Source: Candidatus Nitrospinota bacterium M3_3B_026
Lineage (GTDB): Bacteria; Nitrospinota_A; UBA7883; JBPRGF01
NCBI GenBank assembly: GCA_051418015.1
Contig: JBPRGF010000018.1
Span: 1-64,000, forward strand
Direction of reading: 5' to 3'
DNA length: 64,000 nt
Shown here piece by piece: positions 62,506 to 64,000 of the stretch (within the stretch, counting starts at the first letter, position 1; each line of letters opens with the position of its first letter). The translations under genes and the position numbers were made by a program. Below the pieces are notes generated by a model. That model was not told the DNA's origin. It did no database searches and saw only the letters and a list, made by a program, of their open reading frames with translations.

Positions 62506-62892
62506 ATGAGAAAACTCCGGCTGGCGGCGGCGATTGCCTGCCTGCCCTTCGTATCCGGCTGTTTTTACCTCATGGCCGGCGGGGCCGGCGCGGCGGGGAC
62601 GTATGTCTGGATGAACGGCGCCCTCGCGCGCAACTACAAGCAGCCCATGGAGACGGCGTGGGAGGGGACGCTTCACGCCTTGCGCGTCCTGCGTATGCCC
62701 GCGGAGGAGAAACGCCACGACGCCTTCTACGGCGTCATCAAGGCCAGGATGGCCAAGGGCGACGATACCCTCAAGGTGACGCTGGAACGTTGGACGGAGA
62801 CGGAGACGAAGATCACCGTCCGGGCGGGGGTTCTGGGCGACCGGAAAATCTCCGAGGGGGTCCACGAGGAGATAGAAAGGGCGCTCAAGTGA
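62506..62892 (+). CDS. DUF3568-like lipoprotein
   Basis: Lipobox VSGC; GAGAAGTYVW..G; VRAGVLGD...S. Confidence 0.75.
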   Translation: MRKLRLAAAIACLPFVSGCFYLMAGGAGAAGTYVWMNGALARNYKQPMETAWEGTLHALRVLRMPAEEKRHDAFYGVIKARMAKGDDTLKVTLERWTETETKITVRAGVLGDRKISEGVHEEIERALK

Positions 62893-62932
62893 GCCGCGGG
62901 GGCGCTTTACGGCTGGTTTTCGCAGTGGAAAA

Positions 62933-63850
62933 TTGTTAGGAATATCCACCTGCTGGCGATCCCGCTCCATAACGGACGGGGCCGCCCTGGCCCGCGAGAC
63001 GCTGGAGCTTGGCGCGAAGGCCGTGGAGCTGGATTTCAGGCTCGCTCCCGAAACGCTGGCCGGTCTCCTGAAAGAGCTGAAAAAGGCGGACGTCCCCCCT
63101 GTCTCGATACACGGCATATGCCCCGCGCCGCAATACAAAAAAAACCCGCAGGCGGCGGAGGCTTTCGACCTGAGCGCGGATGACGAGCAGGAACGGCGAA
63201 AAGCCGCCGGCGACGCCGCCGCCACGCTGCGCCTGGCCGGGGAGGTCGGCGCCCGGGCCGTCGTCCTGCACCTCGGCTCCGTCCCCATGGAGAGGGCCGA
63301 GCCAGAGCTGCGCCGCCTCTGCGACAGGGGGCTGATCCGCGCGCCGGAGGGGCAAAGGATAATAAACGAGCTCAGGATAAAAAGGTTGAGAAGCAGGGGG
63401 GCGACCTTCGACCGGCTGCTCAAAAGCCTGGAGGAGATAGCCGGGGAGGCTGAGAAACTGAAGGTCCTCGTGGGGCTTGAGAACCGCTATCACATGAGCG
63501 AGTATCCGGCCTACGAGGAGCTGGCGGTGATATTCCACCGCTTCTCCGGAAGCTTTTTGAGGTACTGGCACGACACGGGCCACGCCACGGCGCAGGAGAA
63601 CATGGGCGTGACGCCGGGGGACGCGTACCTGCGGGACTTCGGAGATGTCCTGGCGGGCGTCCACCTGCACGACGTGGACGGCTACACGGACCACCTCGCG
63701 CCGCCCGCCGGGGGCAGGGAGGGCGTCGACTTCGAATCGCTCCGAAAACATCTGAAGCCGGACACCATAAAGATACTCGAGCTCGGCCCCGGCGTTCCGG
63801 CCGAGGATGCCCGCCGCTCCCTGGAATGGCTCTCGGAGCGGGGTTTTTGA
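62933..63850 (+). CDS. Sugar phosphate isomerase/epimerase (TIM barrel)
   Basis: VVLH.G, LENR, WHDTGH, HLHD, DH..P. Confidence 0.85.
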   Translation: MLGISTCWRSRSITDGAALARETLELGAKAVELDFRLAPETLAGLLKELKKADVPPVSIHGICPAPQYKKNPQAAEAFDLSADDEQERRKAAGDAAATLRLAGEVGARAVVLHLGSVPMERAEPELRRLCDRGLIRAPEGQRIINELRIKRLRSRGATFDRLLKSLEEIAGEAEKLKVLVGLENRYHMSEYPAYEELAVIFHRFSGSFLRYWHDTGHATAQENMGVTPGDAYLRDFGDVLAGVHLHDVDGYTDHLAPPAGGREGVDFESLRKHLKPDTIKILELGPGVPAEDARRSLEWLSERGF

Positions 63851-63860
63851 GGGGAGTCCG

Positions 63861-64000
63861 ATGAAAACCGTCGGGTTTGACCTGCGGCCCCTGCAGGGCG
63901 GCTACAAGGCCAGCAAGACCCGCGGGATCGGGGTATATACGAGAAACCTTATAAAAAGAAGAAACCTCATCCCCGAGGGGCTCTCCCCGGCCGCGTTCCA
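63861..64000 (+). CDS. Glycosyltransferase (GT4-like), partial at the window edge
   Basis: MKTVGFDLRPLQ...RGIGVYTRNL. Confidence 0.6.
   Translation, partial: MKTVGFDLRPLQGGYKASKTRGIGVYTRNLIKRRNLIPEGLSPAAF

Overview
The window has two parts. Positions ~1-13957 are a lower-GC genomic island (GC judged by eye) integrated at the 3' end of the tmRNA gene (ssrA, 13958-14322, minus strand). It carries a tyrosine integrase with atypical catalytic motifs, a divergent XRE regulator and higBA. Its cargo is an FN3/LRR lipoprotein followed by three tandem, mosaic lysyl-endopeptidase-like (S1) protease paralogs, in which near-identical DNA blocks flank divergent cores, plus remnants of other lipoprotein copies. 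Positions 14.3-64 kb are high-GC core chromosome of a diderm bacterium (Nitrospinota/Deltaproteobacteria-like gene order is my inference): folC, accD, leuA, hemC, hemA, nrdR, glyA, rpiB, radC, ubiA-like, uvrD/pcrA, prmA, cobC/U/S, lipA, dnaE, guaA/B, nadK and yggS-proC-yggT. Embedded oddities are a sigma54/IHF-controlled decaheme lipoprotein with an Asp/His tail, a candidate ~165-nt structured RNA, a hicAB islet with an IS3-like remnant, an unannotated 56-aa gene and REP-like palindromes. All calls are by eye; no database searches were run.
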